Made by a program: the position numbers and the translations under genes. Below the pieces are notes generated by a model. It saw nothing but the letters and a program-made list of their open reading frames with translations, had not been told where the DNA came from and ran no database searches. Source: a virus (Duplodnaviria > Caudoviricetes). Taken from it: a DNA stretch of 60,531 nucleotides. Where the stretch lies: IMG/VR virus record IMGVR_UViG_3300046004_001101, positions 1-60,531 of that record. One strand, given 5' to 3'. Below, piece after piece: positions 20,970 through 31,443 of this stretch (position 1 is its first letter; each line of letters begins with the position of its first letter).

Positions 20970-21704
20970 TTATTGAATCTTATCAATCAAGCTAATAAAA
21001 TGGTCATACCCATTAACTAAATCAGCTTTAATAAAACTAATCAAACTATTTTCAATTCTAGTTCTATACGCTAATTCTTCGTGTGTAGCTGTATTCCAAT
21101 GTCCACCAGTAGGGTTAACTTTCTTTCTGATTAAATTAGCTACGTTCATGTAAATTGCAGTATAAGCGCGTTGACCTGATTGTTTTAAACATACTTCATC
21201 AATTGCAATGTTTAATGCTTTATATGAATCTCCAGAATCATCTCGCCATTGTAATAACCCACCTTCAACAACTCGTTTATAGATTTGAACTTTAAACGAT
21301 GCGTCTAATTTACCAGCCGCATCTAACAAGATATATAGATGTGTCCAAGTACCACCGTAACGACCTTCTTTAGTTTTAATCAGTGGTGATTTGATTGTTT
21401 TTACAACACCTTTCTTCTTTTTAGATTTAATTTCTAACTCCGTGGAATCCACGGAGTTAGAATCTTCAATACTTTCAATATCTTGAATATCTCTAATACC
21501 AAACTCAATTTCACAAGCTCTTACGAGTTCTTCTGTTTCTGGTGAACGTAGGTAGTTTGATAGGTCTAATTCAGGCAAACCTTTCTTGGCTCGCATCGCA
21601 TTTCCAATAGTCCAAAGTTTTGTAATACTACCCATCATATCTTTGTGACCAATATCTAAATTGTAATCGTCGAATTGTAATTGCATAATCTGATTTGTTT
21701 TCAT
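20970..21704 (-). CDS. KilA-N domain protein
   Basis: YLRSPET.EL, KTKEGRYGGTW.H, LQWRDDSGDSYK. Confidence 0.8.
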   Translation of the reverse strand: MKTNQIMQLQFDDYNLDIGHKDMMGSITKLWTIGNAMRAKKGLPELDLSNYLRSPETEELVRACEIEFGIRDIQDIESIEDSNSVDSTELEIKSKKKKGVVKTIKSPLIKTKEGRYGGTWTHLYILLDAAGKLDASFKVQIYKRVVEGGLLQWRDDSGDSYKALNIAIDEVCLKQSGQRAYTAIYMNVANLIRKKVNPTGGHWNTATHEELAYRTRIENSLISFIKADLVNGYDHFISLIDKIQ

Positions 21705-21735
21705 GTTTATTTACCAACTGTAGTTAAAAAATGCA

Positions 21736-21764
21736 ATTCTAACATAAGTTAGTTTAAATGTCAA
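21736..21764 (-). promoter_or_regulatory. Sigma70 promoter
   Basis: TTGACA-17-TAGAAT. Confidence 0.75.
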
Positions 21765-21789
21765 GGGATACTTTACCGTGTTTATTTTG

Positions 21790-21817
21790 TACCGTTGCAC
21801 TTTTTAGTGCAACGGTA
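21790..21817. terminator. Hairpin, likely terminator
   Basis: taccgttgcact-tttt-agtgcaacggta. Confidence 0.55.
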
Positions 21818-21824
21818 ATTTAAA

Positions 21825-22082
21825 TCACATCATATAAACTTCAATGTCAGCATCTTTTATCGCTTCCGTTACGTCTTCAATGTGTTCTTTAGCGATATGA
21901 ACAACATGACAACTATACTCACACCATTCAAAATAAATTTGCAATGCTCGCAATGCTTGTTTACCTGACATTACAGGTTTTACACCTTTACTGGTCATTA
22001 AACACATATAGGTTACATGAGTAGGTGTTTGCCATAAATTATAGCTTTCGCCGTTAATTCTTAAACATAAATTCATACTCAT
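21825..22082 (-). CDS. Hypothetical protein (paralog of 22350-22661)
   Basis: MSMNL...QT.T..T..CLM...GVK....GK.A.RAL..Y shared. Confidence 0.75.
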   Translation of the reverse strand: MSMNLCLRINGESYNLWQTPTHVTYMCLMTSKGVKPVMSGKQALRALQIYFEWCEYSCHVVHIAKEHIEDVTEAIKDADIEVYMM

Positions 22083-22083
22083 C

Positions 22084-22362
22084 TTAAAATCTCTCCATAA
22101 TAATTTTACAACCACACAACATACAAAATTGATTCATTTTTAATTGACTTTCAAACCATATCTTATCTTCCAACCAATATCCATTTCGATAAGGTAATAA
22201 TAAGTAACCTTTCACACCATCATCGTGAGCATACTCATACCAAATACCTGTGTCGAACTCAATGTTTTCTCTAAGATATTGCCAAACTAAAACATCATCA
22301 CTAAGTTCTTTAGATTGTTGAGCGACTTTTAAATTCTTACCTTTAATAGTCATTGCATCCAA
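22084..22362 (-). CDS. Hypothetical protein
   Basis: Co-oriented ORF in coupled chain. Confidence 0.6.
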   Translation of the reverse strand: MDAMTIKGKNLKVAQQSKELSDDVLVWQYLRENIEFDTGIWYEYAHDDGVKGYLLLPYRNGYWLEDKIWFESQLKMNQFCMLCGCKIIMERF

Positions 22363-22661
22363 GCCTCAAAAATATAACCTTCTTCAATACCTTCTTTCAA
22401 AATGGATTCCATTTCCTTAATGTGTTCCATATCGTAAGCTAAATGACCATCAGGGTCTTTACCGCCTACTCTATTGCACGCATTCTGATGATACATTCTT
22501 TGAAATGCAATATAACATCTTAACGCTCTAACTGCCTTCTTACCAGTGACACTTCCTTTAACACCACTTGCTGACATTAAACATATTTCAGTTTCATAGG
22601 TAGAAGTTTGTCTGATTGGGAGTTCGCAATTGTTCACACATACATATAAATTCATACTCAT
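22350..22661 (-). CDS. Hypothetical protein (paralog of 21825-22082)
   Basis: Shared MSMNL motif set. Confidence 0.75.
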   Translation of the reverse strand: MSMNLYVCVNNCELPIRQTSTYETEICLMSASGVKGSVTGKKAVRALRCYIAFQRMYHQNACNRVGGKDPDGHLAYDMEHIKEMESILKEGIEEGYIFEAWMQ

Positions 22662-23303
22662 TGTAATTCTCTCATTTTCAATTTACGTTCTTCCCATCTG
22701 CGTTCTTTTTCCATATAACCATCGGCATTAGCTTCAGCAGCGGTTAACAAAGCAACTACATCTTGCTTACCGTTCATATTATCTGTTCTCGCGTTCCATT
22801 CTTTACCATCAAACTCTACCACAAAATACGAATCGTCATAGAAATAGTTACCAATAAACGACGATATATGTTCAGCCATTGAACATGAGAACTCGTTAAA
22901 CGAGAACTCATAGTAATCACTTATCTGCCAACATAATCGATGCAAAGATGATGTAAGGTATTGTGTACGTCTATCATCACCATCATAAATCATAATCTCT
23001 ACGAATCGTTCAATATCTGGATTATCACAATATGAAATAATGTCAGCTAAATCACGTTCTAAACGTAGAAGTTCAATCTTTCTAATCTTCTTAATCATTT
23101 TTAATGGTGTCATTTCATCTTCCTCTAGCAAACACATTATCGTACACAATTTCTAACTTACTACGTCTATTCTGTACCGCTTCTTTAGTCGTAACTCGAT
23201 ACGTCATAAATAATAACTCTTTTGTGTACCATTTTTGAATGTAAAACTTACCGTTTATGATACCTGATTTCATGATAAATCTCTCCATTCTAATTTTGAA
23301 CAA
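22658..23303 (-). CDS. Two hypothetical ORFs (22658-23149, 23115-23303)
   Basis: Co-oriented, overlapping ORFs. Confidence 0.55.
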
Positions 23304-24211
23304 CCAAACATTGCTTTGTCAGCAGGAATTATACACATAAATTTACTACAACACCATTTACCAGCTTCATTTTCATGTGGTGAAGGATAGCTGAATTTAC
23401 ATTGACGACAGTTCCAATCTCTTTGTGATTCATCGCCATCATGACATAAAGTCGAGAAACTACAATACTTACAGTCAAAGTATTCTTTATTTTTGTGTAG
23501 ACGTTTCGGTGGTTTATCAGCCCACACAATAGATTCAGCTCGTTCTAAATAGTGTTGTGCTACATAAGTATTAGCTTCAATAATCTCCATGTGAAGCTCA
23601 TCAGTATTCTTGTTCACGCTGATATACATAGCGTATTTAAGTCCCATTAGCTCAAGATACATTTGCATTTGAATGTAATGTTCGATTTTTGCAGATTGAA
23701 CTCCTGATTTTTTTAACTTTTTAAAACTTGAATCATTGTGAGTTTTCATTTCAAGCAAGCATTTTTCACCTTTAGGTACGTCTGGAACACCTATCGCAAT
23801 ACCATCACCTGAGCCTTTAAAATGCCCATTTACGGCGGATACACCGAATTGACGACCAGTTTCAGGGTCATTTTGTAATACTTCAACGCCTATTGAATCT
23901 AATAATGCACAAAAACGTGCTTCATACAACTGACCAGTTGAAAATAGCAAATTTAATCTACCATCGAACTTTGTATTGCAAGTCCATCGGCTATTATAAT
24001 AAATTTCTCTATCACAAGGTTTTCCAATCACAGAGCAACCTAGATGATTTCTGTGCGATTTTAGACTGCTTGGTTTGTACGCATCTTCGATGATATTGAA
24101 CCACTTTTTAAGTAATCCTCTATATTCACTACCTTGACTGGCGCGCATTGTAGCTTCAATCATTTCTAATGTAATTGAAGCAGGTTTAAATTGTTCCATC
24201 TTGTTCTCCAT
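23270..24211 (-). CDS. Cas4-like/RecB-family PD-(D/E)xK exonuclease
   Basis: C...C N-terminus, GSGDG, LLEMKT, QMQMY, C-terminal CKYC..C cluster. Confidence 0.85.
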   Translation of the reverse strand: MENKMEQFKPASITLEMIEATMRASQGSEYRGLLKKWFNIIEDAYKPSSLKSHRNHLGCSVIGKPCDREIYYNSRWTCNTKFDGRLNLLFSTGQLYEARFCALLDSIGVEVLQNDPETGRQFGVSAVNGHFKGSGDGIAIGVPDVPKGEKCLLEMKTHNDSSFKKLKKSGVQSAKIEHYIQMQMYLELMGLKYAMYISVNKNTDELHMEIIEANTYVAQHYLERAESIVWADKPPKRLHKNKEYFDCKYCSFSTLCHDGDESQRDWNCRQCKFSYPSPHENEAGKWCCSKFMCIIPADKAMFGCSKLEWRDLS

Positions 24212-25245
24212 TTTTAATGTTTTCTAAGTAAAATTTATAAGCTGGTGATTCCTGATAATTTTCAAAGTGCGATTCTATTAAATCAGGTAGAATTTTATTA
24301 TATTTAACGATGTTATCATGAGCCGATAAGGGTCTGAAATTAGTATAATGTGATAATGCAAGTACAGATTCTTTATCGAAGGCTAGGCTTATTGGAATAA
24401 TATGGTCTAAATGATTATCTCTATTTAATACAAATTCCGAATTTTGATTCAAAATGTAATCTTTAAACTCAAAAATACTACAACCAAGAACTTCTATGCT
24501 ATGAATATCTTTAACTAAAGTAGTATTCTTAAATGCGGCAACCACTGCTTTTCTAAATCTAGTTTTAAGAATTGCAATATCATCCTTAGTAGAATGATAT
24601 TTTGCTATTTTACATCTCCTTCTTCTTACATATTCGCTAATGTTTTTATTTTTATGGTAGTTACTATCACATTCCTTGCAACAAGCTGCAAAACCACTTT
24701 TATGTTTTTTATTTATTCTAAAATAATCGGTTGATAATACTTTTTTTACATTGAGAACATTTCTTTTCTAAAATAGAGCTATTTTTATCGTAATTTACAG
24801 TTACTTGATATTCCTTTATACAAAATACACAAGTTCCATTAAAACCATCTCGCATAGCTTTATTAAAATGAAAATAATAGACGTACCACTCATTGTTACA
24901 TACTCTGCATATCTTAGTTATTAAAGACGTATCAGGCTTATTATTTTTCAGTTTATTATAGATACTTTCACAAAGTTTACATACGTTATTATAACCAGTC
25001 TTACATTTTCGGTCTAAAGAAAATAAGTTTACTTCTTTTTCTTCTTTGCATTTAGTACATTTTATAAATAATATATTTTTATCAGGTTCATTTCGTAGTG
25101 ATTTTGTTGTTTTTGATATGCACTCTTTACATTGTGTTTTTAATTTATCTAAAGTTGATTTTTGCTTACTAAACATCTCAGCAGGTTTATGTTCGTGACA
25201 TTTTGAACATTCTTTCAAACCAGTTTCTTCGTTTAATCTTGGCAT
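24186..25245 (-). pseudogene. Zn-ribbon HNH endonuclease split by frameshift at an A7 run (24741-24747)
   Basis: Removing one A joins CSQCKK to VLSTDYF...CKEC...HLDHIIP..SHYTNFRPL; architecture matches intact 34818-35753. Confidence 0.8.
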
Positions 25246-25277
25246 TTTATGATTCCTTTTATCAATTATGGAAGTGT

Positions 25278-25374
25278 GATTATCAATTAAAACGTAGCAA
25301 CAGGTGATAAGTCTGCTTTCGGGAGCTACCCTAGCTACATTGATAATTATTTCATAAAATTACGGTTTTGTCAA
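25278..25374 (-). ncRNA. Promoter plus candidate structured leader RNA, copy D (core GGGUAGCUCCCGAAA)
   Basis: TTGACA-17-AATAAT; stem atgtagc/gctacgt, inner agcag/ctgtt with loop ttatca matching downstream tgataa. Confidence 0.65.
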
Positions 25375-25395
25375 CCAAATCAAGTTTATCTTTAT

Positions 25396-26274
25396 TCATT
25401 TCAAACCTCCAAAAATATGTGCAATTACATCTACAGTCCACGAATTACCTAACATCTTGTATCGTTGACTGTTACTAACTGATTTAGTATAGGTATCTGG
25501 AAATGTTTGCAATCTTTCACATTCTATAGGTGTTAGTTTTCTGAAATACATTATTGAATCTTCAGGTTCACATACAACTAAACCTAATTTACTTCTAGTA
25601 ACCATTGATTTTGCGTTCTCTTTATAAATCGTAGCTAATATAGTGTTTGATTTATTTTTAAAAACTAATTGTCTACGATTCTTTTCAAAATACGATTTTA
25701 AGTTACCACCTTTAAAGTAGTTTGCATCAATACGGAATGATTTATCTCTATCAACAAAACCAGTTTCAAGTTCATCTTTAAGTGATATACCTCTATCATC
25801 AGGTTGTGTTACATTAGGAATGTTAGTCCAATATAGTCGTTTTCTGTTCTGTGCAGATACTAATGCTGAGTTAATCATAATAGGTTGCACACCTAACGCT
25901 TCACTAATCACATCTTGATATTCCTGTTTCATTACTACATTTTCAAGTAAGAAATACTTTGGCTTAACATGACGTAAGATATTCACAAACTCAAAGAATA
26001 ATGCACTTCTAGGGTCATTGAAGTTTAATTGCTTACCCGCAAAACTAAAACCTTGACATGGACTGCCACCGATAACTAAATCAATTTCTGGTAAATCCCA
26101 TTCTTCCCATTTAGTCACGTCACCTAATCTAATAATTTTAGGGTAATTTTCTTGTGATACTTGAATCGCATACTTATCAACTTCAGACGCATAATAGTCA
26201 GTCACTTCAATACCAGCTCGTTCTAATGCAACCATGCCTGCTGAAATACCATCAAATAAACTTAAAATATTCAT
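25396..26274 (-). CDS. C5-cytosine DNA methyltransferase
   Basis: LSLFDG, GSPCQGFS, LENV, Q.RKR, ERLQTFP, LGNSW. Confidence 0.93.
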   Translation of the reverse strand: MNILSLFDGISAGMVALERAGIEVTDYYASEVDKYAIQVSQENYPKIIRLGDVTKWEEWDLPEIDLVIGGSPCQGFSFAGKQLNFNDPRSALFFEFVNILRHVKPKYFLLENVVMKQEYQDVISEALGVQPIMINSALVSAQNRKRLYWTNIPNVTQPDDRGISLKDELETGFVDRDKSFRIDANYFKGGNLKSYFEKNRRQLVFKNKSNTILATIYKENAKSMVTRSKLGLVVCEPEDSIMYFRKLTPIECERLQTFPDTYTKSVSNSQRYKMLGNSWTVDVIAHIFGGLK

Positions 26275-26286
26275 TCCAATTCTCCC

Positions 26287-26743
26287 TTACTTTTTATAAC
26301 ACCCAATATGAAACTGCTCCAAATGCTTAAACTGTGTCACAGATTCAGTCATAGCGGTCTTAGCGTGTTCACACGATTCCATTGAATCGAACACAATCGT
26401 TTGTGATGTAGTTGCTGGGTTAGCTACGCTACCACCATAAAAGAATAAAATCATTACTAATGTTGTCATGTTGTGTTGCTCCAATGCTAAATAAACCCTT
26501 AACGAATTACCTTCGTTAAGGGTGAAAGTCATACTACGTTAAAAACGTTATGGTTTAACAGTCCTCGAAATACATACTTTTTTCAATTTTTATACGTTTT
26601 ACTTCTTTATTTTTTTCATTCTTAATCGATAACTTTTCGTTTATCAACTGACAACGAAATTCTAATGGAAATTTACTTAATTCTGATATTAAATCATTTA
26701 TTGAGTTTACACAATCCCTTTCTGTATCATTTAATGTAATCAT
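26287..26743 (-). CDS. Two small hypothetical ORFs (26287-26469, 26555-26743)
   Basis: Co-oriented with GGAG sites upstream. Confidence 0.55.
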
Positions 26744-26797
26744 TTCGTTCTCCGAAAAACCCGTTAGTAAATAACGGGTTTCTTAATTTAATTATTG

Positions 26798-27499
26798 TTA
26801 TTCAGCAGAGAGCCACGCTGGTTCATCTGAAATATCCGCTTCAGTCGTTGTCACATCTGGTACAGATACAGGTGCAACAGGAGTGGGTTTAGCTACTGGT
26901 GGAGCTTTAGGTGCTACTGGAATAGAAGGCGGAGCTGACGGTGGTCGTGAACCTACTGGAACAGGTGTCGCTACTGAACCACCTAATTCAGCTACTTTCG
27001 CTTTATACGCATCTGACTTTAATGTGTCAGCAATCGACACTAACGGTAAATCTTCACCTTTAACAGTTGAATCCACGCTATAAAACCCTTTAATGCGTGC
27101 ATTAACACCAACTTTTTCATTACCGTCTTTATCTTTGTACGTTGAGAACTCATGTTTAGCACGAACTTTCAATGGTTTTTTATACAACTGTGAAGGATGT
27201 GATGCAACTAAACCTAACGCATCGAATACTTGTTTAATTGTACCCATACTAATTTCAACTGCTTTTTCGTTAGGATTTTTATGGTTAAGATAGTGACTTG
27301 TTTCTGCACCTTCAAATTCTTTATTACCGATGACCTGTAAAGTCCATAATTCACCTAAATGAGTTGCTTCATTTTTACCTGGTTTGAATTCTGATTTGAT
27401 AATCATCGCTGTAACAACCCCTTCAGGGAATCCCACAAAAGATGATTCGCCGTTAGCTTGTACTTCATTCCAATTTTTTACTGATTCATATAAAGACAT
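26798..27499 (-). CDS. Putative ssDNA-binding protein (DUF669-like)
   Basis: OB-like N-terminus, Pro-rich linker, acidic/aromatic tail DISDEPAW; located between exonuclease and Sak4-like gene. Confidence 0.7.
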   Translation of the reverse strand: MSLYESVKNWNEVQANGESSFVGFPEGVVTAMIIKSEFKPGKNEATHLGELWTLQVIGNKEFEGAETSHYLNHKNPNEKAVEISMGTIKQVFDALGLVASHPSQLYKKPLKVRAKHEFSTYKDKDGNEKVGVNARIKGFYSVDSTVKGEDLPLVSIADTLKSDAYKAKVAELGGSVATPVPVGSRPPSAPPSIPVAPKAPPVAKPTPVAPVSVPDVTTTEADISDEPAWLSAE

Positions 27500-27745
27500 T
27501 TTATTTCTCCAATTAAGTATGGTTAGTTTTAATCGGACTAACCTTAACCGATGATTCATTGTATTTTAAACTGATTCTTGTGTCAACAACTTTCTTTGCA
27601 AATCACAAATACACATTGAAAGACGTAACGCTTCGGTAGCTAAGATATTGTATTTGAATGAATCTGGTTCATTACCAAGGTCATACAAATCAAGTTTAAG
27701 TGATGTTAATTCATCAGTCCATTCATTTAATAAGAAATTCATTTA

Positions 27746-28666
27746 TTACCTCGTGTGTCTTGGAATCGTTAATTTACCACATTGATAGTTACCGTTATTT
27801 TCTTTCGGCTTAGTTCTTTCTAGCTTTTCTTCCCACCACAGTAAGAATGGTTCGATATGTGATTCATCCCATTCACTGTGCAAATTAGGTTTAGGTATCA
27901 TACCAGAATAAATAGACATCTCTACCTGCTTCGTTGTAACATTTACGCGATTGATAATATCTTCAATTGTTGTCATTAGTTTCACCTGTTGCTTTAGCTA
28001 TTAGTGCGCGAGTTCTGTCTGCCAAATCTTGCATTGCTGTATTTTCTATACCAATTCCACAATCACATAGACGCTTTAATGCTTCATCCGTATAGGAAAG
28101 ATGCTCAATAAGCATTTCAAGCAAATCAGGTGCGGCGGAAATTAGTTTGACATTTGCTTTAGCTTCTTCATGACCGTAACCAATCCAAGCATTGCAGCCT
28201 GATATTCGATAACCATTGCCCCTTCCATTAGGCTCAGATACTTCCCATTTAGTTGTCATTCACCACCTCCCGCACGCTCAAATTTAGCGAGTTCATCTTC
28301 CGAACATATCTTTATCACCTTGCGTAATGTCCTATTTTCATTTTCTAGGTCGTTTATTCTGCTTAGGTGTGTGTTAATAGTGTCCCAAGCACTTCTCAAG
28401 TCATCTTTGTGACGTTTTTGCTCACCATCCTTGTATTCTTGCGAGGCAGCATTGACTTTCTCATACCACTCTTTTGAATCTTTGACGATAAATTCTTTGT
28501 TTCGGAATGTTCTTTCTACTGCGGTTATCAGGAGAGTGTAAGCATTACTTGACCAGAAGGTTATTGATACGAAAGGAACACCAATAGAACACAAGCCATC
28601 TACCTCGCTATGTTTTCCAGCGTGAAACCTAAACTCAGTATGGAAATTTATTACAATTGCACTCAT
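27746..28666 (-). CDS. Three hypothetical ORFs (27746-27985, 27963-28259, 28256-28666)
   Basis: Coupled ORFs; the middle one has the common phage motif ANVKLISAAPDLLE...ALIAKATG. Confidence 0.65.
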
Positions 28667-28791
28667 GATTACACCTGTTCAATTTGTACTAAATCCGTGT
28701 TAATGGAATTCAGTAATTCCTGTACTTTTTCTTTGTTCATTTTTCATTCTCCTAAAGTTAAGCTCATCCTTGAGCGAATTTAAATCCTAGT

Positions 28792-29592
28792 TTATTTTAC
28801 TCGGTAGTCTTTTCCGTAGCATCTTAGCACAACTTCTGCAAATGCGTTCCAACCATCATGTCTAGGGATAGTTATTTTTTCATCAATATCTAATCTATTT
28901 TTAGCATAATACGAATCGTTAGGTACGCAGTCTAAAACACGATTGCGTTCACCTTTTTCATTAGGTTCGCTAATGTACAAATAAGCAATACAATCGCTCC
29001 ATTGCTGCACAAGGTGACGACCGCCGTACTTACCTTCTTTAGTTGGTGCATTTAAAAGAATGTCAATAAAGTCATGTTCAACTGAGTATTCACCTTTTTT
29101 AACTTGTGTGACTACGCTATGTGCGGCGCACAAGATGTTAATACCACAACTAGAAAAATAATCCAACCAGTGTAATAGGGAACACCATTCTTTATTCAAT
29201 ATAACTGCTCCGTTTCCGTAACCTTTGTGACAAGTGTTAATTGACGCTGATTTATCATTTACCATCTTAGGGTCGCTAGAAATAACATATTGAGTCATCA
29301 TTCTTTCAATGCTAGATAAACTGTCAATAGTAATGTTCTCAAAAGTATTAGTTCCGTTTGCAATCAATTCGGCAACTTCACCAAATAAAGATAATAACGA
29401 TTGATAATCTGAAATTGGAATAACCGTATTTCTTTTTTTATCAAGATTTAAATATCCGTTTTCAGCGGCACAATACAATGTGTTATTTAAACTACCCATA
29501 AAGGTTGATTTACCACAACCTTCTCTACTTAGAACCACAAATTTAATACCTTGTTTTAAATCTTCGTGTACTGCCGTTGATAACATGCTCAT
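28792..29592 (-). CDS. Sak4-like (AAA_24) ATPase/recombinase
   Basis: EGCGKST, ITIDSLS, GYGNG, AH, AKNR. Confidence 0.8.
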   Translation of the reverse strand: MSMLSTAVHEDLKQGIKFVVLSREGCGKSTFMGSLNNTLYCAAENGYLNLDKKRNTVIPISDYQSLLSLFGEVAELIANGTNTFENITIDSLSSIERMMTQYVISSDPKMVNDKSASINTCHKGYGNGAVILNKEWCSLLHWLDYFSSCGINILCAAHSVVTQVKKGEYSVEHDFIDILLNAPTKEGKYGGRHLVQQWSDCIAYLYISEPNEKGERNRVLDCVPNDSYYAKNRLDIDEKITIPRHDGWNAFAEVVLRCYGKDYRVK

Positions 29593-29593
29593 T

Positions 29594-30027
29594 TCACATC
29601 TCCAATTTCATTTTAATTAAACTAACCAATTCTTCTGACTTATTTATACGTTTATTAACCAAGTCAACTAAACAATACAAAATAAACTTTCTACCACCAT
29701 TACCTACAAAGATAGGTTTGGTATAGCCTTTTTCATCATAGTAGTTTAGAAAGTTAGCCGATTTACCTAATTGCTTACACAATACACTACGCGATATAAA
29801 CTGGGTGTCAAATCGTTCTTGTGTCATCATAATATGTAATCCACTTTATCAAACTGACGTAAGTAATTCTGTACTTCTTCAAACTCACTCATTACTCGTT
29901 CAATCCATTTAACTTTATCTAACGGTAATTCGTTACCAACTGCACCAATTTCATTCATCTTACCATGTGTCATTCTAATAATTTGATAGAATGGGTACAA
30001 CTCATCTACATCAATAAATACTTTCAT
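29594..30027 (-). CDS. Two small hypothetical ORFs (29594-29830 possibly HTH; 29827-30027)
   Basis: Coupled ORFs. Confidence 0.55.
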
Positions 30028-30043
30028 TTTTATTCTCCGTTAA

Positions 30044-30214
30044 TTATCTTGCATCATCAAACGTTTCTAATACTACTTCTTTATTACCATGTGCAGTAAC
30101 ATCATAATAGATTTTATCTATATTTGTATTATATGTCCAATCTACTTGATATAATTTAACATCAAGTTCTTCATCGAAGATAGCCAAAGCTTCTATCAAT
30201 TCTTTCACTTTCAT
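30044..30214 (-). CDS. Small hypothetical protein (MKVKELIEAL...; not in ORF track)
   Basis: 56 codons, GAGG upstream; resembles 6637-6801. Confidence 0.7.
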   Translation of the reverse strand: MKVKELIEALAIFDEELDVKLYQVDWTYNTNIDKIYYDVTAHGNKEVVLETFDDAR

Positions 30215-30286
30215 TTTCTTATTCCTCGTTTAAATTCGTACCGAATCACACTTAACTTTTAGGTGTGATTCATTATCCAACTTATT

Positions 30287-30442
30287 TCACATTATGTCAA
30301 TACCGAGAATGAAATTCTCTGCTTCAAGCCAATTTGCATCAGAATCATCACTAAATCCTGATAGCCACAAATAATAAGCACATTCAGATACACGCTGATA
30401 TAAGCAGTAATTATCGTAGAACACTAAGCCGTTTTTAAGCAT
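30287..30442 (-). CDS. DUF2934-like small protein
   Basis: RVSECAYYLW...G...ANWLEAE pattern; start at MLKNG. Confidence 0.55.
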   Translation of the reverse strand: MLKNGLVFYDNYCLYQRVSECAYYLWLSGFSDDSDANWLEAENFILGIDIM

Positions 30443-31196
30443 TATGACCGTCCCATTTAACACAGTTGTCAAAACCTTTCTTTTCTTTAGCATTCCATGA
30501 AGTAGCCCCATAATTCCATACCATAGGTTTTCCTGATTCATGAACACCCGCAAAATAACCTTTGTGTCGTCTGAAATCACCATCATCCCACACAATAACC
30601 TTATCATCAACCTTAAAGTCAGCGTAAGGATTGACTTCGATTAGGTCTAAATCAGATTCACACTGATTATCTATGTGAAATTTACCGTATACCGACCATT
30701 TTGTCATTGATATTCCATCTAAAAATCCATACACAGAACTATTTTTAATAACTGCTAGTTCAACTGTGCGACCGTCTTTTGTTTCGTACTTCTTATCCAT
30801 ACTAATTTCTTTCATTTTAACCTCTCTAACTAATTTATATTCATTTTTAATATCTAAACCTGAAATACAATATCCGTTTTTATCCCATATCGTTAGAACA
30901 CCTGGTTTACCATCGTATTTAAGCATACCTTCAAATTGACCGAAAGCATTAACACGAAGTAATTGTGCATCACATCTATTTTCAGTTTTATACTTTTTAC
31001 CAATTTCAAATTCTTTCATTTCATACCCACCTTCTAAATCTGTTTTCGGATTCCATAATTCTAGCTGGTCAGAATAACGCCACGCGCCATCTGACAATCT
31101 ACATCTCTGTGATATTTCAGTTACTTCACAAACTTCATTCTCTCCACCAATAGTTTCATTTACTATTACTTTGTCGCCAATTTTAAATTCATTCAT
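30435..31196 (-). CDS. Hypothetical protein built of repeated small beta-rich modules
   Basis: Units starting EFKIGDKV, EFEIGKKYKT, EISMDKKYET, DFKVDDKV. Confidence 0.65.
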   Translation of the reverse strand: MNEFKIGDKVIVNETIGGENEVCEVTEISQRCRLSDGAWRYSDQLELWNPKTDLEGGYEMKEFEIGKKYKTENRCDAQLLRVNAFGQFEGMLKYDGKPGVLTIWDKNGYCISGLDIKNEYKLVREVKMKEISMDKKYETKDGRTVELAVIKNSSVYGFLDGISMTKWSVYGKFHIDNQCESDLDLIEVNPYADFKVDDKVIVWDDGDFRRHKGYFAGVHESGKPMVWNYGATSWNAKEKKGFDNCVKWDGHNA

Positions 31197-31443
31197 CTTC
31201 ATTCTCCAACACAAACCATTCAATTCGATACTCGTGGTTTTCATCTACTTCATACTGATAGATATTATCAGATAAATGATGTGTTACATAGTCTACAAAT
31301 ACATATTCATCATTGTTTTTATCCACACTAATACAGAAGTAATTAACGATGTTTCCGTCTATACAAAGTAAATAGGCTTCTTTAATGAATCCACCTTGGG
31401 TTGAACGTTCTTTCAACTTACGCTTAAATTTTTCAAATTTCAT
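31189..31443 (-). CDS. Hypothetical protein
   Basis: Coupled to ligase. Confidence 0.55.
   Translation of the reverse strand: MKFEKFKRKLKERSTQGGFIKEAYLLCIDGNIVNYFCISVDKNNDEYVFVDYVTHHLSDNIYQYEVDENHEYRIEWFVLENEDE

Noticed and set aside
23270-24211. Cas4-like gene as part of a CRISPR system
   Set aside because: No repeat-spacer array or other cas genes; solo Cas4-like nucleases next to SSB/Sak4 are normal phage recombination genes
16103-27559. Long N-terminal extensions in the ORF track for nrdA, helicase and SSB
   Set aside because: Extensions overlap upstream genes, leaders or promoters; the downstream ATGs fit better (RBS or translational coupling)
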